Under the pieces are notes generated by a model. It worked only from the letters and a program-made list of their open reading frames with translations. It did not search any database and had not been told where the DNA came from. 64,000 nt of DNA, from assembly GCA_023416455.1 (NCBI GenBank), contig JAEZHQ010000129.1, positions 771-64,770 of the forward strand, written 5' to 3'. Both the position numbers and the translations under genes were made by a program. Positions within the stretch are counted from its first letter, which is position 1, and each line of letters starts with the position of its first letter. The stretch comes from Pseudomonadota bacterium. Lineage in GTDB: Bacteria > Pseudomonadota > Alphaproteobacteria > Azospirillales > Azospirillaceae. This document shows positions 61,423 to 64,000 of this stretch, in pieces.

Positions 61423-61447
61423 GCGTAAGCCGTCTCCTTCGCCGAAG

Positions 61448-61484
61448 AAAAAAAGGGCGGGGCCTCGGGTGGAGGTCCCCGCCC
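61448..61484 (-). terminator. Intrinsic terminator of the symporter operon
   Basis: Minus strand GGGCGGGG...CCCCGCCC followed by T7. Confidence 0.8.
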
Positions 61485-61504
61485 GGATCATCGCACGTTG
61501 CGCG

Positions 61505-63364
61505 TCAGTCGACCACGGCTTCCCGGTCGGCCAGCCTGACCGCGCCCCGCGGGACACGGATGGAGTCGATGAAGTCCTGCATGGCGGCCGAGGGCTGGCG
61601 GGTGAACTGGCTGACCACATAGGTGACCAGGAAGGCCGCCGGGACGCCGAAGACCGCACCGGAGATGTTGTTGATGCCCCACAGCCGGGCCACCTCGCGG
61701 CCGCGCTGCTTGACGATGTCGGCGGCGTCCGCCCCGAAGATCGCGTTGGCGAACTCCACGAAGCTCGGCCCGTAGAACTCCGTCCAGATCAGGTAGGTGA
61801 AGGTCAGGACGAAGCCGACGATCATGCCGGCGCAGGCCCCGGCGTTGCTCGTCTTCTTGTACCAGATGCCCATCACCAGCGGAGCGAACAGCCCGGCCGC
61901 CGCGATCGAGAAGGCCCAGGCGACCAGGAACAGGATGTTCCCGCCGATCGAGCCCGCCACCCAGGCGGCGATCAGCGCCACGCCGATCAGGATGATGCGC
62001 GCGGTGATCAGGCGCCGCTTGCTGTCGGCCCGCGGGTCGATCATCCGGAAATACACGTCGTGGCTCAGGGCGTTGGCGATGGCCAACAGGAGGCCGTCGG
62101 CGGTCGACAGCGCGGCGGCGAGGCCGCCCGCCGCCACCAGGCCGGCGATCACGTAGGGCAGGCCGGCGATCTCCGGGGTCGCCAGGACGATGGCGTCGGG
62201 GTGGATGGTGAACTCGGCAAGCTGCAGGATGCCGTCGGTGTTGATGTCCTTGATGGTGACCAGCCCCACCTGGCTCCATGCCTGGACCCACTGGGGAAGC
62301 GAGGCGATCGATTGCCCGATGACGTTCTGGTAGACCTCCAGCTTGGCGAAGGCCGCGTAGGCCGGGGCCGTAAAGTACAGAAGAAAGATGAAGAACAGGC
62401 TCCAAGCCACCGAATTGCGCGCCTCGCGCACGCTCGGTGTCGTAAAATAGCGCATCAGGATGTGCGGCAGCGACGCCGTGCCGATCATAAGGCAGAATAT
62501 CAATGCGAAATAATTGACCGCCGCGTTCCACGAGAACTGACCCGTGGCGCCGACGAAGGCATCGCTGTGGTGCTTGGCGATGCCGAGCTGGGCCTCCAGC
62601 GAGGCGATCCTCTCCAGCGCCTCGCCGTACATGAGCTGCGGGATCGGGACTCCGGTGACCTTGGCCGACAGCAGGACGACCGGGATCAGATAGGCGACGA
62701 TCAGGATGATGTACTGCGCCACCTGGGTCCAGGTCACCGCCCGCATGCCGCCCAGCATGGAGCAGACCAGGATGCCGGCCAGGCCCACGAACACCGCGAT
62801 CTCGAAGGAGATGCCGAGGAAGCGCGAGGCGATGATGCCGACCCCGACGATCTGGGCGACGACATAGACGAAGCTGGCGGTGATCAGCACGATCACGCCG
62901 AGCAGGCGCGGGAAGTTGCCTCCGTAGCGGGCGCCGAGGAAGTCGGGCACCGTGTACTGGCCGAACTTGCGCAGATAGGGCGCCAGGAGCACCGCCACCA
63001 GCACGTAGCCGCCGGTCCAGCCCAGCACGAATGACAGCCCGTCATAACCCAGCGCGTAGAGCGTGCCGGCCATGCCGATGAATGAGGCGGCGCTCATCCA
63101 GTCGGAACCGGTCGCCATGCCGTTGTAGATGGCCGGAACGCGGCGTCCCGCGACGTAATATTCCGACAGCTGCGCGGTGCGCGAAATGACGCCGATGAAG
63201 GCGTAGACGCCAAGCGTGAGGAACAGGAACAGATAGCCGATGACGCGGTTCGGCACCCCGAGCTGTTCGAGGATGGCCAGAATGACCACGAAGGTCACGA
63301 AGCCCCCGGTGTAGATCCCGTAGATCCGGCCGAGGTTGCTGGTGAAATCTCCCTTTTGGGACAT
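61505..63364 (-). CDS. actP: Sodium:solute symporter (ActP-like, VC_2705 subfamily)
   Basis: YYVAGR, NGMATGSDWMSAASFIG, GTASLPHILMRYFT, AALSTADGLLL. Confidence 0.88.
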   Translation of the reverse strand: MSQKGDFTSNLGRIYGIYTGGFVTFVVILAILEQLGVPNRVIGYLFLFLTLGVYAFIGVISRTAQLSEYYVAGRRVPAIYNGMATGSDWMSAASFIGMAGTLYALGYDGLSFVLGWTGGYVLVAVLLAPYLRKFGQYTVPDFLGARYGGNFPRLLGVIVLITASFVYVVAQIVGVGIIASRFLGISFEIAVFVGLAGILVCSMLGGMRAVTWTQVAQYIILIVAYLIPVVLLSAKVTGVPIPQLMYGEALERIASLEAQLGIAKHHSDAFVGATGQFSWNAAVNYFALIFCLMIGTASLPHILMRYFTTPSVREARNSVAWSLFFIFLLYFTAPAYAAFAKLEVYQNVIGQSIASLPQWVQAWSQVGLVTIKDINTDGILQLAEFTIHPDAIVLATPEIAGLPYVIAGLVAAGGLAAALSTADGLLLAIANALSHDVYFRMIDPRADSKRRLITARIILIGVALIAAWVAGSIGGNILFLVAWAFSIAAAGLFAPLVMGIWYKKTSNAGACAGMIVGFVLTFTYLIWTEFYGPSFVEFANAIFGADAADIVKQRGREVARLWGINNISGAVFGVPAAFLVTYVVSQFTRQPSAAMQDFIDSIRVPRGAVRLADREAVVD

Positions 63365-63379
63365 GGACCTGCTCCTCCC

Positions 63380-63649
63380 TCAATCCTCGGCGACACCGAA
63401 TTCCTCGTCGATGCGGTTCTGCCGGTGGGCGAACCAGAACAGCATCACGACGAAGATGATCAGCGATCCCTGTGCCGCCATGTAGAAGCCCAGAGGAAAG
63501 CCGAGGAAACGAACGGAGTTGAGCGTCGGGGCGAAGATATGGATCAGAAAGCTCGCCACGAACCAGATGGCCAGCATGAGCCACATCAAACCCGACGTGC
63601 GCGCCCAATAGGCCTGGGCCTTTTCGGGCGTGATCTCGGTGTTCTGCAT
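63380..63649 (-). CDS. DUF4212 small membrane partner of the symporter
   Basis: AYW..IWFVASF..GFPLGFYMAAQGS..DEEFGV. GGGAGG RBS. Confidence 0.92.
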   Translation of the reverse strand: MQNTEITPEKAQAYWARTSGLMWLMLAIWFVASFLIHIFAPTLNSVRFLGFPLGFYMAAQGSLIIFVVMLFWFAHRQNRIDEEFGVAED

Positions 63650-63839
63650 GAGCGTGAACCTCCCGTAATTCGCACGTCCTCCTAAGCCGCCGGCAGGATG
63701 CCGGCGGCTGAAACGCTCCGGCGTCCTTTGCGGATTCGTTTGCCGGAGAGATTGCTTGTGTCGCGAATTGATACCATTGTAACAATGTCGTGACAAGGAC
63801 GTCGCAACCAAAGCGCGGAACATCATCCGGGAGGGGAAT

Positions 63840-64000
63840 GTGCTGCATGCGCTCAATCGCCTTTGGACGAGGAGGCCGCCGGTCGCCGCCGCCGACACCT
63901 TCCGCGCCTGGCTGTCCCGCCGCGCGGCCTATGCCGCCCAGAAGTGCGTGCTCGGCTATTGTGAAGTCAAAGCCGGCACCAACAAGGAGATTCTGTTCAA
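63840..64000 (+). CDS. Hypothetical protein (3'-truncated by window edge)
   Basis: GGAGGGG RBS, then GTG-LHALNRLW..AAYAAQKCVLGYCEVKAG, open to the end of the window. Confidence 0.6.
   Translation, partial: MLHALNRLWTRRPPVAAADTFRAWLSRRAAYAAQKCVLGYCEVKAGTNKEILF

Overview
A very GC-rich (roughly 70% by eye) chromosomal segment from an alphaproteobacterium. Gene content and order point to Rhodospirillales, most likely Azospirillum; this is an inference. It is mostly core and housekeeping DNA: a 5'-truncated lon, the NYN / rpoZ-rsh-HIT-pdxJ-acpS-lepB-rnc-era-ycjX-ycjF cluster, a Tat amidase-BON lipoprotein-helical protein cluster, purU, an orphan PhyR-type regulator, MarR plus an aryl-CoA ligase, GtrA/methyltransferase/YdjC genes, ftrA-rhodanese, dppABCDF, hemerythrin, two CBS proteins, yajQ, a metallophosphatase, an aminotransferase, a sensor kinase, an alpha-2-macroglobulin, a LiuR-led beta-oxidation operon, a FlcA-like NarL/LuxR regulator and an ActP-like symporter. 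I saw no rRNA, tRNA, CRISPR array, transposase or phage gene. The best non-obvious signals are: (1) a probable ~90-nt sRNA diverging from phyR, with an EcfG-type promoter, an anti-SD CCUCCC motif and an intrinsic terminator; (2) further EcfG-type promoters, including a back-to-back pair at 39.1 kb; (3) a sensor-less HisKA_2 kinase with degenerate ATP-binding boxes, coupled to a 7-codon upstream ORF; (4) an 84-bp dispersed palindromic element present twice, with compensatory stem changes; (5) an alpha-2-macroglobulin lacking the thioester motif and pbpC; (6) a 55-aa gene missing from the ORF track; and (7) several candidate operators and tandem duplications. All calls are by-eye motif recognition; no searches were run.
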